This document shows, piece after piece, positions 43,698 through 53,250 of a stretch of 64,000 bases of DNA. The notes under the pieces are model-generated. The model made no database searches. It was given only the letters and a program-made list of their open reading frames with translations, and was not told where the DNA came from. This DNA comes from an uncultured Acetobacteraceae bacterium (GTDB lineage: Bacteria; Pseudomonadota; Alphaproteobacteria; Acetobacterales; Acetobacteraceae): contig CAXTAT010000023.1 in assembly GCA_964242415.1 (NCBI GenBank), forward strand, positions 14,580-78,579, read 5' to 3'. Both the position numbers and the translations under genes were made by a program. The first letter of the stretch is position 1, and each line of letters starts with the position of its first letter.

Positions 43698-44878
43698 TAC
43701 CCGGCCGTCGTGCTGCGATCGGGCTGCACTGCCGTTCCCGGCCGCACCATCGGCGCGATCAGGTGCCATGCGATCAGTACTGGCTCCAGCAGCGCCAGGC
43801 CGATCAGCGTGCCGGTCAGCCGATCAACCGCCGGGGCGATGGCAGCGTCGGCATAGCTGTCGGGCACCAGGGTCACGAGGATGGCCAGCGTGAACTGGGT
43901 CCCGACATAGGTGACCGAGTGGCTGCCGTTCTCGATGTGGCGGCCAACCAGCACGCCGGCAACCGTGCCCGCGATCAGCACGGCGGCGTTGCCATGCGCG
44001 GCATAAAGGAAAACGCCGGCCAGCGCGCTTCCGGCGACGCAGCCGGCGACGCGCTGCACCAGCTTGCGGCTGACCGGCGCCAGCCCGCCGGCACCCAGGC
44101 TGCTGACGGGAACCAGCATCGCCGCCATGATGCTGACCGCGCTCTGGGCGAGTTCGCGGGTTGCAAACATCGACCATAGGGCCGGCAGCAGCGCCAGGGC
44201 GACGGCGGCCTGGGCGGCATGGCGCAGCGCATGGGGGTGCCAGCCGATTCGCCGCGCCGGCGCCATGCGGGTGCCGGGCCAGCGGCGGCGCAGGGTCAGC
44301 GTCGAGAGCGTGCTGACCGCCACGCACGCCGCAGTGCCCGCCGCGACCTCCAGCAGGCGCGTCGTGACGAAGGCGGCGATGTCCTCGCCGGGGTGCTCCA
44401 GCTTGTCGAGCAGGATCATCTCGAAGGTGAGGCCGGCGAACAGCCAGGCGTAGGCGCGGCGGCCGGTCAGGGCGCCGTACATCGTGATGCCGCCCGCCGC
44501 CGCGCAGCTCAGCGTCGATAGGGGCCAGGAGAGGTGGACGGCCGGTGCCAACAGCAGCGCCAGCCCGGCGCCGACCGCGGTTCCCAGCACCCGCAGGGCG
44601 CCCCGCAGCAGGCTGTCCGACACGTGGCCGCGCATGACCATGTATCCGGAGAACGCGGCCCACGCGACGTTCTGGGCATTGATCAAGTGGGCCAGCGCGA
44701 TGGCGAGCAGGACGGACAACACGCATTCGAGGTCATCGACGACGCGGGGTGCCCGGCCATATAGCCAGCGCCGGACGCCGCCGAGTGCGGCGGCATCGCT
44801 CGACTCACTCATCTGGAACCAACCGCGATCAATGCGGCCGGCCCAGTCCGGAGGCGCGTTGCCATCGTGAGCGGCCAT
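43697..44878 (-). CDS. FUSC / aromatic-acid-exporter family membrane protein
   Basis: ORF 43697..44986. The first 36 codons (MPAYRHCEPRLRRGNPGG...) are a translation of the family-2 repeat, so I trimmed to the ATG at 44878; the ATG at 44812 is also possible. The body is polytopic with FUSC-like blocks (WAAFSGYMVMRGH, LRVLGTAVGAGLALLLAP). Confidence 0.7.
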   Translation of the reverse strand: MAAHDGNAPPDWAGRIDRGWFQMSESSDAAALGGVRRWLYGRAPRVVDDLECVLSVLLAIALAHLINAQNVAWAAFSGYMVMRGHVSDSLLRGALRVLGTAVGAGLALLLAPAVHLSWPLSTLSCAAAGGITMYGALTGRRAYAWLFAGLTFEMILLDKLEHPGEDIAAFVTTRLLEVAAGTAACVAVSTLSTLTLRRRWPGTRMAPARRIGWHPHALRHAAQAAVALALLPALWSMFATRELAQSAVSIMAAMLVPVSSLGAGGLAPVSRKLVQRVAGCVAGSALAGVFLYAAHGNAAVLIAGTVAGVLVGRHIENGSHSVTYVGTQFTLAILVTLVPDSYADAAIAPAVDRLTGTLIGLALLEPVLIAWHLIAPMVRPGTAVQPDRSTTAG

Positions 44879-44896
44879 CGAAGGACCGCCCGCATG

Positions 44897-44975
44897 CCTG
44901 ATCGGCAATCCAGGCGGCAAGGACGGTGCCCGCCCTCCTGGATTGCCACGCCGCAAGCGCGGCTCGCAATGACGG
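44897..44975. repeat. repeat family 2, inverted pair (left unit truncated)
   Basis: 44934..44975 reads CCTCCTGGATTGCCACGCCGCAAGCGCGGCTCGCAATGACGG. 44897..44917 is a truncated reverse copy (...GGCAATCCAGGCGG). Confidence 0.7.
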
Positions 44976-45021
44976 TACGCCGGCACGGATCATGCCCCAG
45001 GGGGGTTGGCCTCGGCAGCGT

Positions 45022-47640
45022 TCAGGCAACGGCTTGCATGTCCTTCAGCGACATTGCGGCCTCGACCACGTCCGGCTCGTCCGGCAGGCGGCGGATGGTG
45101 AAGCCCATGCGGCGCATGAACGCCAGCATCGGCCGGTTCTCCGTCAGCACCTGACCGGTGATGTCCGTCATGCCCTGGGACCGCCCCCAGTCCATCACCC
45201 GCTGCATCAGCCGCCGGGCCAGGCCGCAGCCCTTCATGGACGGCTCGACCAGCACGGCGAACTCGCCCGTCGTGGTATAGGGCTCGCGCACCAGTCGGCA
45301 GACACCCACGGTCTCCCCGGTCGCCTCCCGCTCGGCGACGAAGGCCATCTCGCGGTCGTAATCCACCTGGGTCATGCGGGCGACCTGCTCGGGGGACAGG
45401 GCGCGCAACATGCTGAAGAAGCGGTAGCGGATGTCCTCCGGCGTCAGGCGGCTGAACAGGGCGGCGTGCGCCTCGGCGTCCTCGGGGCGGATCGGGCGGA
45501 TGACCAGGGTTTCGCCCTTGGCGGTCCAGTGCTCGATCAGCTCCGCCGGATAGGGGGTTATGGCGAGGAGGCCGGCCTGCCCGGCGGGACGCAGGGCGAT
45601 CCAGGCGTCGCCGACCGAAACCCCGTCCGCGTCGGCAAACACCGGGTTCAGGTCCAGCTCGGCGATCTCCGGGAAATCGACGATAAGCTGGCTGACGCGC
45701 ACCAGGGCGTCGGCCACCGCGGTCCGGTCGGCGGCGGGCTGCTCGTGCAGCTCGGCCAGGGTGCTGGCGGCGCGGGTGCGGGCGATCAGGCTCTCGGCCA
45801 AGGTCAGGTTCAGCGGCGGCAGGTCCATCGCCACGTCGTTCAGGATGTCGGCCGCGCTGCCGCCGCTGCCGAAGGCGATGGCCGGGCCGAACAGCAGGTC
45901 GTCGCCGACGCCGATGCGCAGCTCGCGGGCGCGGCCGACCTGGCGCTGCACCAGGAAGCCCTCGGCCAGGCCGTCCAGCCCCAGGCGGACCCGGCGGCTG
46001 TCCAGTTGCTGCGCGGCCAGTTGGACGGCGGCGCCGTTGACCAGGTCGAGCAGCACGCCGCCGGGGCCGCCGGGCCGGGGCGGGCCGCGGCGGCGCAGCT
46101 TCACCACGGCGGGGAAGCCCAGCATCTCGGCGGCGGTGCCGGCGTCCTCGGCCGACATGGCGGGGCGGCTGGGCACGACGGGGATGCCGTAGGCGGACAG
46201 CGCCTGCAATGCCTCGTCTTGCAGCAGCCCGGTCCGGCCCTCGGCGCGCACCCGGGCGAACAGGCGGCGCACGGCGGATCGGTCGGGCGCCAGGGACAGC
46301 ACGGTGCTGGCCGGCAGCTCGCGCGCGGCGGCGCGGGCGCGGCGCTGCTCCACGAGCTGGGCGAAGCCGCGCATGGCTTGCTCGGGGGTGGCGAACACCG
46401 GGATGCCAGCCGCCGCCAGGGTGTGCCGGTGGGCGGCGCCGGTGGTCTCGCCAAGCACGCAGGCCAGCAACGAGACCTTCATGCTGGGCAGGCAGGCCGC
46501 CAGGGCGGCGATGGCGGCGGCATCGCCAGGCCCGTTCGGCGCCATGACGACGACGACGCCGCCGACCTCGGGCGCGGCGGACAGCATCGCGGCGGTCTCG
46601 GCCAGGCGGATTGCATGGTCGGCGCCGGTCCAGACCAGGCCCGCGTCGGGTGGACCCGGCGGCAGGTTGAGGCGCAACACCTCCTGCGTGGCCGGCGCCA
46701 GCGCCGCCAGCGGGATGCCGAGCGTCAGCGCGGTGTCGGCGGCAAGCTGGGCGGGGCCGATGGCGTTGTGGACGATGGCCACCGACTCGTGGCGGGGCGG
46801 GCGGGCGCGGGTCAGCGTCTCGGCCGCGGCGAGCAGGTCGGCCAGGCGCTCCACCCGCACGACGCCGGCGCGGCGCAGGGCGGCGTTGAACACCTGGTCG
46901 GCCCGGCCCGTCGGGTCCGACAGCCGGCCGCCGGCATGGATGGCGACCACGGGCCGCAGCCGGGCGGCGGCGCGGGCGGCGGACAGGAAGCGACGGCGGT
47001 CGGTGATGCCGCGGATGTCCAGCAGGATTGCCCCGGTGTCGGGGTCGCGGGACAGCCAGTCCAGCACGGCGCCGAAGCCGAGGTCGGCGTTGCCCCCGGT
47101 GCCGATCAGGGTGCTGAACCCGACGCCGTTCGGCTCCGCCCAGTCCAGCACGGTCCGGCACAGCGCCGCCGATTGCGACACCAGCGCCACCTTGCCCGCC
47201 CGCGGCTGCAAGTGCCCGGTGGAGGCGTTCAGGCCAATGGCGGGGACGATCAGGCCAAAGCTGCTGGGACCGAGCACCCGGACTCCCGCGGCACGGCCGG
47301 CGGCCAGCAGGTCGGCGGTCGGCGTCAGGCAGGCCGCGGCGAAGGTTCCACGGGCGGCCAGGGCCAGCAGTGCCGGCGCCACGCCCTCGGGACCGGTCGC
47401 GATCACCGCGAGGTCCGGCGCTACCGGCAGCGTTGCCACGTCGGGGTAGGCCAGCACGCCGCCGGCTGCGCCGCCGCCGGGCAGCACCGGCAGGATCGCA
47501 CCCTTGAACCCGGCGCCAAGCAGGTTGGCCATCACCTGCTTGCCCAGGGCCGTATCGACCCCCAAGACCGCGACCGACTCTGGACGGAACAGCTTGCTTG
47601 GGCTGAAGCGTCCGACGCTTGCAGGCCTAATTAGCGGCAT
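45022..47640 (-). CDS. bifunctional ADP-forming acyl-CoA synthetase-like / GNAT acetyltransferase (Pat-type)
   Basis: 872-aa ORF. It has an N-terminal CoA-binding domain (LFRPESVAVLGVD...), succinyl-CoA-synthetase-like and ATP-grasp regions, and a C-terminal GNAT block (IRPIRPEDAEAHAALF..., CGLARRLMQRVMDWGRSQG). Confidence 0.8.
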   Translation of the reverse strand: MPLIRPASVGRFSPSKLFRPESVAVLGVDTALGKQVMANLLGAGFKGAILPVLPGGGAAGGVLAYPDVATLPVAPDLAVIATGPEGVAPALLALAARGTFAAACLTPTADLLAAGRAAGVRVLGPSSFGLIVPAIGLNASTGHLQPRAGKVALVSQSAALCRTVLDWAEPNGVGFSTLIGTGGNADLGFGAVLDWLSRDPDTGAILLDIRGITDRRRFLSAARAAARLRPVVAIHAGGRLSDPTGRADQVFNAALRRAGVVRVERLADLLAAAETLTRARPPRHESVAIVHNAIGPAQLAADTALTLGIPLAALAPATQEVLRLNLPPGPPDAGLVWTGADHAIRLAETAAMLSAAPEVGGVVVVMAPNGPGDAAAIAALAACLPSMKVSLLACVLGETTGAAHRHTLAAAGIPVFATPEQAMRGFAQLVEQRRARAAARELPASTVLSLAPDRSAVRRLFARVRAEGRTGLLQDEALQALSAYGIPVVPSRPAMSAEDAGTAAEMLGFPAVVKLRRRGPPRPGGPGGVLLDLVNGAAVQLAAQQLDSRRVRLGLDGLAEGFLVQRQVGRARELRIGVGDDLLFGPAIAFGSGGSAADILNDVAMDLPPLNLTLAESLIARTRAASTLAELHEQPAADRTAVADALVRVSQLIVDFPEIAELDLNPVFADADGVSVGDAWIALRPAGQAGLLAITPYPAELIEHWTAKGETLVIRPIRPEDAEAHAALFSRLTPEDIRYRFFSMLRALSPEQVARMTQVDYDREMAFVAEREATGETVGVCRLVREPYTTTGEFAVLVEPSMKGCGLARRLMQRVMDWGRSQGMTDITGQVLTENRPMLAFMRRMGFTIRRLPDEPDVVEAAMSLKDMQAVA

Positions 47641-47814
47641 TGGGGTCCAGACTCATTGTGCAGTGCAGCATAGCATAGAGTGGGTTGTCACGGCTGCGCA
47701 AACACCCCCACGGCACGGGAACGTTATGGGGCCGGACGGCTGCATACAACGCCAGGCCGCACTGGCTCCTTGCCCCTCCGGGCAGGGCAATCGCATATGC
47801 CATGGAGCCACTGC

Positions 47815-47945
47815 CTGCTCCCTCTCCCCCTATCGGGAGAGGGGGAAGCGGCGGTTCCTCACGGCGTATGCGATTGTTCTGAGGCGGGCGGACTAGGCCC
47901 TTGCGACTTCCCTCACCCCGGCCCTCTCCCGGAGGGAGAGGCAGC
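47815..47945. repeat. REP-like family 1, inverted pair (copy 3 of 4; left arm partial)
   Basis: The left arm is CTGCTCCCTCTCCCCCTATCGGGAGAGGGGGAAGC, the hairpin core only. The right arm is CTTCCCTCACCCCGGCCCTCTCCCGGAGGGAGAGGCAGC. Confidence 0.75.
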
Positions 47946-47989
47946 AGGCAGCGGCGTTCGCCCCTGGTTGAGGAGTCGCCGACGGACCT

Positions 47990-48976
47990 CTACAGCGAAA
48001 TCCGCAGCTTCGCCGCGATCTCCCCCACGATGCCGCGGCGGAACGCCAGCACGCACGCCATGAAGATCACCCCCTGCGTCACCGTCACCCACGACCCGGC
48101 GCCGGCCAGCGCGTTCTCGGTCCAGACGATGATCCCCGCGCCCACCACGGGTCCGAAGATGGTCCCCATGCCGCCCAGCAACGCCATCAGCACCACCTCA
48201 CCGGAAAAGGCGTAGTGCACGTTGGTCAGCGTGGCGATGCCGAACACCAGCGCGTTGGTGCCGCCCGCGATGCCCGCGATGGCCGTGCTGAGCACGAAGG
48301 CGATCAGCTTGTAATCGTCGGTGCGGTAGCCCAGCGAGGTCGCCCGCGGCTCGTTCTCGCGGATCGCCTTCAGCACCTGGCCGAACGGCGAGTGCACGAT
48401 CCGGTGGATCAGCAGGAAGCACAGCATGAACACCACGGCGACCAGCCCATACATCGCCATGTCGGACTGCATGGAGAACACGCCGAACACCGCCCCGCGC
48501 GGCACCTGCTGGATGCCGTCCTCGCCGCCGGTGAACGGCGCCTGCAGGCAGAAGAAGTATACCATCTGCGCCAGCGCCAGCGTGATCATGGCGAAGTAGA
48601 TGCCCTGCCGCCGGATCGCCAGCCAGCCGAACACCACGCCCAGCGCCGCACCGGCCGCGCCGCCCGCCAGGATCGCCACCTCGGGCGTCAGGTGCCAGTT
48701 CTTCGCCGTCCAGGCGCTGACGTACGCCCCCATGCCGAAGAACGCCGCGTGGCCGAAGCTCATCAGCCCCACGAACCCGATCAGCAGGTTGAAGGCGCAG
48801 GCGAACAGCGCGAAGCACAGCAGCCGCATCAGGAACACGGGATAGATGAACCAAGGGCAGGCCACGATCAGCCCCACCAGCAGCAGCAGCGCCCAGGCCT
48901 GCGCGCTGCTGAACCCCAGCAGGTTGAACGGGCGCCGGGCGGGCGCGGCGACGGGATTGACTGTGGTGACGCTCAT
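47990..48976 (-). CDS. livM: branched-chain amino acid ABC transporter permease (LivM type)
   Basis: 328-aa polytopic ORF with the LivM-like block GLMSFGHAAFFGMGAYV. It is the last gene of the transporter operon. Confidence 0.8.
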   Translation of the reverse strand: MSVTTVNPVAAPARRPFNLLGFSSAQAWALLLLVGLIVACPWFIYPVFLMRLLCFALFACAFNLLIGFVGLMSFGHAAFFGMGAYVSAWTAKNWHLTPEVAILAGGAAGAALGVVFGWLAIRRQGIYFAMITLALAQMVYFFCLQAPFTGGEDGIQQVPRGAVFGVFSMQSDMAMYGLVAVVFMLCFLLIHRIVHSPFGQVLKAIRENEPRATSLGYRTDDYKLIAFVLSTAIAGIAGGTNALVFGIATLTNVHYAFSGEVVLMALLGGMGTIFGPVVGAGIIVWTENALAGAGSWVTVTQGVIFMACVLAFRRGIVGEIAAKLRISL

Positions 48977-48977
48977 G

Positions 48978-50027
48978 TCAGGCCGCCTTTCCGAACAGCC
49001 CGGCAGGCCGGGCCAGCAGCACGATGACCATGACGACGAAGATCACCGTCGCCGAGGCCTGCGGATAGTAAACCTTGGTCAGCCCCTCGACGATGCCAAG
49101 CCCGAACCCGGTGACGATGCTGCCCAGGATGCTGCCCATGCCGCCGATCACCACGACGGCGAACACGGTAATGATGAAGCTGCTGCCCATGTTGGGGTTC
49201 ACCGAGTAGATCGGCGCCGCCAGCACGCCCGCGAACGCCGCCAGCGCCACGCCGCCGGCATAGGTCAGGCTGATCATCCGCGGCACGTTGATGCCGAAGG
49301 CCTGCACCAGCCCGGGGTTCTCGGTGGCGGCGCGCAGGCGTGCGCCCAGCGAGGTCTTCTCGATCAGCAGCCAGGTCAGCAGGCACATGCCCCCGGCCGC
49401 GACGACGACCCACAGCCGGTACATCGGCATGAACATGAAGCCGAGGTTCACCGGCCCCGACAGCGCCGCGGGGATGCGGTACGGCATGCCCGAGCTGCCG
49501 AAGGCGTTGCGCGCCAGCCCCTCCAGGATCAGCGCCAGGCCGAAGGTCAGCAGCAGGCCATACAGGTGGTCCAGCTTGTACAGCCGGCTGATGACCGTCT
49601 TCTCCAGCACATAGCCGAACGCGCCGACGATCAGCGGCGCGATCACCAGCGCCGGCCAGTAGCCGATCGACAGCCAATCCGGCACCGACAGGCCCGGCGA
49701 GATCATCGCCAGCCAGGTGTTCGGCGTCGCGATCATCCACGCCACGAAGGCGCCGAGCATGAACACCGCGCCATGGGCGAAGTTGATGATGTTCAGCATG
49801 CCGAAGATGATCGCCAGCCCCAGCGACAGCAGCGCATAGAACGCCCCGTTGATCAGCCCCAGCGACAACTGCCCCAGCAGCAGCGGCAGCGGGCGGCGGA
49901 AGAACGCGACCAAGTCCACGCCGCCGACGAACTGCAATGCCAGCAGCGCCGCGACGATCAGCGCGACGGCGCCGATGGACCGCAGCGGCAGGCGGTCTCC
50001 CAGGGGTGCGGCGGTGGTGGCGGACAT
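48978..50027 (-). CDS. livH: branched-chain amino acid ABC transporter permease (LivH type)
   Basis: 349-aa polytopic ORF with GMLNIINFAHGAVFMLGAF and GGMGSILGSIVTG. Confidence 0.8.
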   Translation of the reverse strand: MSATTAAPLGDRLPLRSIGAVALIVAALLALQFVGGVDLVAFFRRPLPLLLGQLSLGLINGAFYALLSLGLAIIFGMLNIINFAHGAVFMLGAFVAWMIATPNTWLAMISPGLSVPDWLSIGYWPALVIAPLIVGAFGYVLEKTVISRLYKLDHLYGLLLTFGLALILEGLARNAFGSSGMPYRIPAALSGPVNLGFMFMPMYRLWVVVAAGGMCLLTWLLIEKTSLGARLRAATENPGLVQAFGINVPRMISLTYAGGVALAAFAGVLAAPIYSVNPNMGSSFIITVFAVVVIGGMGSILGSIVTGFGLGIVEGLTKVYYPQASATVIFVVMVIVLLARPAGLFGKAA

Positions 50028-50031
50028 CGCT

Positions 50032-51252
50032 CTAGCTCCTGATCAGCGGGCAGCCACCCTCGGCCAGCGGCTTCCACGCCTGGTCGGCGGGGGTGGTGGC
50101 GACCAGCTTATAGTAGTCCCAGGGGTATTTGCTCTCCGCAGGCGTCTTCACCTGGAACAGGAAGGACGGGACCATTGCCATCCCGTCCGAGCGGATGCTG
50201 CCCTTGCCGAAGGCGTCGTCCTCGGTCGGCATCGCCTTCATCTGCGCGACGACCGCCGCACCGTCCAGCGCCGCCGCCGGGCCGCCCAGGGCCTGCACCG
50301 CCTTGAGGAAGTGCAGCGCCCCGGCGTAGGAACCGGCATTGTTCATGTTCGGCGCGATGTTGGGCATCCGCGCCTGGAACCGCTTGGTGAACGCCCGCGT
50401 GCCGTCGTTCATGTCCCAGTAGAAGCTCTCGGTCAGGTTCAGGCCCTGCGCCTGCTCCAGCCCCAGGCCGTGCACGTCGTTGATGTACATCAGCAGGGCG
50501 GCGATCTTCATGGTGCTGGTCAGGCCGAACTCGGCGGCCTGCTTGATGCTGTTGATGGTGTCCGCGCCGGAGTTGGCCAGGCCCAGCACCTTGGCCCCGC
50601 TGCTCTGCGCCGACAGCAGGAAGGAGGAGAAGTCCGACGTGCCGGGGAACGGATACGGCGATGCCCCGGCGATCTTGCCGCCGGCTGCCTTGACGAACGT
50701 GGTGGCGTCGCGCTGCAACTGCTGGCCGAACACGTAGTCGGCGGTAATGAAGTACCAGCTATCGCCCCCGGCCTTCACCATCGCGCCCCCGGTCGAGCGC
50801 GCCAGCATGTAGGTGTCATACGACCAGTGGATGGTGCAGGGCGTGCACTGGCTGCCGGTCAGGTCGGACGTCGCAGCACCGCAGTCGAGCAGGATGCGGT
50901 TCTTCTCCCGCGCGACGTTGTTGACCGCCAGCGCGACCGAGCTGGTCGGTACGTCCAGGATGATCGACACGCCGTCCTGGTCGTACCACTGCCGGGCGAT
51001 CCCCGCGCCGACGTCCGGCTTGTTCTGGTGGTCGGCGAACAGCACCTCGACCGGGAAGCTGGCGCCGAACTCGGCCACGGCCTGGCGGACGGCGTTGACC
51101 GACTGCATGCCGCCGATGTCGCGGTACGGTCCCGACTGGTCGTTCAGCACGCCGAGCTTCACGACCTTGGATTGGGCGCGGGCCCGGCGGGACGCCATGG
51201 GAGCGGCGGCAGCGGCGGCGAGCAGGGTGCGGCGGTTGAGCATGACTTGCAC
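50032..51252 (-). CDS. ABC transporter periplasmic substrate-binding protein (Leu/Ile/Val-binding family), paralog 1
   Basis: 406-aa ORF with a twin-arginine-like signal (NRRTLLAAAAAAPMASRRARA). It has a type-I periplasmic binding fold and is alignable along its whole length to the adjacent gene. Confidence 0.82.
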   Translation of the reverse strand: MQVMLNRRTLLAAAAAAPMASRRARAQSKVVKLGVLNDQSGPYRDIGGMQSVNAVRQAVAEFGASFPVEVLFADHQNKPDVGAGIARQWYDQDGVSIILDVPTSSVALAVNNVAREKNRILLDCGAATSDLTGSQCTPCTIHWSYDTYMLARSTGGAMVKAGGDSWYFITADYVFGQQLQRDATTFVKAAGGKIAGASPYPFPGTSDFSSFLLSAQSSGAKVLGLANSGADTINSIKQAAEFGLTSTMKIAALLMYINDVHGLGLEQAQGLNLTESFYWDMNDGTRAFTKRFQARMPNIAPNMNNAGSYAGALHFLKAVQALGGPAAALDGAAVVAQMKAMPTEDDAFGKGSIRSDGMAMVPSFLFQVKTPAESKYPWDYYKLVATTPADQAWKPLAEGGCPLIRS

Positions 51253-51261
51253 TCTCCAGGG

Positions 51262-52482
51262 CTAGGCGTGCACGAGCGGGCAGCCGCCCGCCCCGAGCGG
51301 GCGGTAGGCTTCGTCGGGCGGCGTCGTGTTGACCAGCTTGAGGTAGTCCCAGGGACCCTTGCTCTCGCCGGGCTTCTTCACCTCCCACAAGAAGGCTGGG
51401 GTCAGCTTGCGCCCATCGGCGCGGATGGTGCCGGAGCCGAAGCAGTCGTCGTCGGTCGGCATCGCCTTCATCGCGGCGATGGCGGCGGCGCCGTCCGCCT
51501 TCATGGACGGCACGCCCTTCTCGGCAGTGGTCTTGAGGTAGTGCAGCACGCTGGCATACGTCCCCGCCTGCACCATCGTCGCCCGCACCGCCGGGGCCTT
51601 CGGCTTGAAGCGTTCCGAGAACTTGCGGGTGCGGTCGTTGGCGTCCCAGTAGAAGCTGTTGGTCAGCAGCAGGCCCTGCGCGATCTCCAGCCCGATGGCG
51701 TGCACGTCGCTGATGAACACCAGCAGGCCCGCCAGCTTCATGCTGCTGCTGGTGCCGAACTCCTGCGCCTGCTTGATGGTGTTGACGGTGTCCGCCCCGG
51801 CGTTGGCGATGCCCAGGATCTTCGCCCCCGACGCCTGCGCCTGCAGTAGCGGGGAGGAGAAGTCGGTCGTGCCCGGGAACGGGTAGCGGATGCTGCCCAG
51901 CACCTTGCCGCCGGCCTTGGTCACGAACTCCGTGGTGTCGCGCTGCAGCGCGGTGCCGAAGGCGTAGTCGGCGGTGATGAAGAACCAGGTGTCGCCGCCG
52001 GACTTCACCGCAGCCGACCCGGTGGACTTCGCCAGCATGTAGGTGTCGTACGCCCAATGGATGGTGTTGGCGTTGCACATCGTCCCGGTCAGGTCCGACG
52101 TGGCCGCGCCGGTGTTCACGTATGCTTTGTTCTTGTCCTTGGCGACGCCGGCGATGGCCAGGCCGACGCCGCTGTTGGGGACATCGACGATCAGGTCCAC
52201 GCCGTCGCGGTCGTACCACTGGCGGGCGATGCCGGCGCCGACGTCGGTCTTGTTCTGGTGGTCGGCCTGGACGACCTCGACGGTGAAGCCCTTGCTGGCG
52301 AACTCCTCCACGGCCTGCTTGGCGGCCAGGGTGGAGACCGGGCCGCCCACGTCCTGGTAGGTGCCGGACAGGTCGGTCAGTACGCCGACCTTGATGACGT
52401 TCGCCTGCGCGCGGGCACGGCGGGCGCCCAGGATGGGAAGGGCAGCGGCTGTGCCGATCAGGCCGCGGCGGGAAATGGTCAT
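51262..52482 (-). CDS. ABC transporter periplasmic substrate-binding protein (Leu/Ile/Val-binding family), paralog 2
   Basis: 406-aa ORF with the signal SRRGLIGTAAALPILGARRARA. It shares blocks with paralog 1: DVGAGIARQWYD, GAATSDLTG, FITADY, PFPGT.DFSS and GGCPL. Confidence 0.82.
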   Translation of the reverse strand: MTISRRGLIGTAAALPILGARRARAQANVIKVGVLTDLSGTYQDVGGPVSTLAAKQAVEEFASKGFTVEVVQADHQNKTDVGAGIARQWYDRDGVDLIVDVPNSGVGLAIAGVAKDKNKAYVNTGAATSDLTGTMCNANTIHWAYDTYMLAKSTGSAAVKSGGDTWFFITADYAFGTALQRDTTEFVTKAGGKVLGSIRYPFPGTTDFSSPLLQAQASGAKILGIANAGADTVNTIKQAQEFGTSSSMKLAGLLVFISDVHAIGLEIAQGLLLTNSFYWDANDRTRKFSERFKPKAPAVRATMVQAGTYASVLHYLKTTAEKGVPSMKADGAAAIAAMKAMPTDDDCFGSGTIRADGRKLTPAFLWEVKKPGESKGPWDYLKLVNTTPPDEAYRPLGAGGCPLVHA

Positions 52483-52503
52483 AGGATGCTCCTAGAGGCG
52501 CCG

Positions 52504-53250
52504 TCAGACGCCGAGGTATTCATGCAGCTTGTCCATGTTCGCCGACAGCTCGCTGTTGGGGATCATGTCGATGATGCGGCCGTGCTCCATCACGTAGTGG
52601 CGGTCGGCGACGGTGGCGGCGAAGCGGAAGTTCTGCTCGACCAGCAGCACGGTGAAGCCGCGCGCCTTGATCTCGCGGATGGTGCGGCCGATCTGCTGCA
52701 CGATCACCGGGGCCAGGCCCTCGGTCGGCTCGTCGAGCAGCAGCAGCCGGGCGCCGGTGCGCAGGATGCGGCCGATGGCAAGCATCTGCTGCTCGCCGCC
52801 GGACAGCTTGGTGCCCTGGCTGTTGGCGCGCTCCTTCAGGTTGGGGAACAAGGTCAGGATTTCCGCGACGCTCATGCCCCCGGGCGCGATCTGCGGCGGC
52901 AGCATCAGGTTTTCCGTCACGTTCAGGCTGGCGAAGATGCCGCGCTCCTCCGGGCAGATGGCGATGCCGGCGCGGGCGACGCCGTCCGGGCGCATCCCGG
53001 TGGTCTCCGTGCCCCGGAAGCGGATGCTGCCCTCGCGCCGGGGCACCAGGCCCATGATGCTTTTCATGGTGGTGGTCTTGCCCGCGCCGTTGCGGCCGAG
53101 CAGGGTCACCACCTCGCCCTCGCCCACGTTGAAATCGACGCCGTGCAGGACGTGGCTCTCGCCATACCAGGCGTTCAGCCCGGCCACCGCCAGCATCGGC
53201 CCGGCCGTGCCGCCGGCGGGCGCCCCATCGAGCTTCGCCGCGTCAAGCAT
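52504..53250 (-). CDS. livF: branched-chain amino acid ABC transporter ATP-binding protein (LivF type)
   Basis: 248-aa ABC ATPase with GRNGAGKTT, LSGGEQQMLAIGR and LLLDEP. It overlaps livG by 8 nt. Confidence 0.85.
   Translation of the reverse strand: MLDAAKLDGAPAGGTAGPMLAVAGLNAWYGESHVLHGVDFNVGEGEVVTLLGRNGAGKTTTMKSIMGLVPRREGSIRFRGTETTGMRPDGVARAGIAICPEERGIFASLNVTENLMLPPQIAPGGMSVAEILTLFPNLKERANSQGTKLSGGEQQMLAIGRILRTGARLLLLDEPTEGLAPVIVQQIGRTIREIKARGFTVLLVEQNFRFAATVADRHYVMEHGRIIDMIPNSELSANMDKLHEYLGV

Noticed and set aside
44926-47634. 902-aa plus-strand ORF and 723-aa minus-strand ORF (44990..47161) overlapping the Pat-like gene
   Set aside because: These are antisense or alternative frames of a gene with clear domain content. 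The translations are Arg/Gly/Pro/Ala runs without motifs.
47655-47670. Shared 9-mer CTGCACAAT (minus strand) upstream of both proS (near 11412) and the Pat-like gene
   Set aside because: A single shared 9-mer in 128 kb of two-strand sequence is within chance expectation, and only the proS copy is palindromic.
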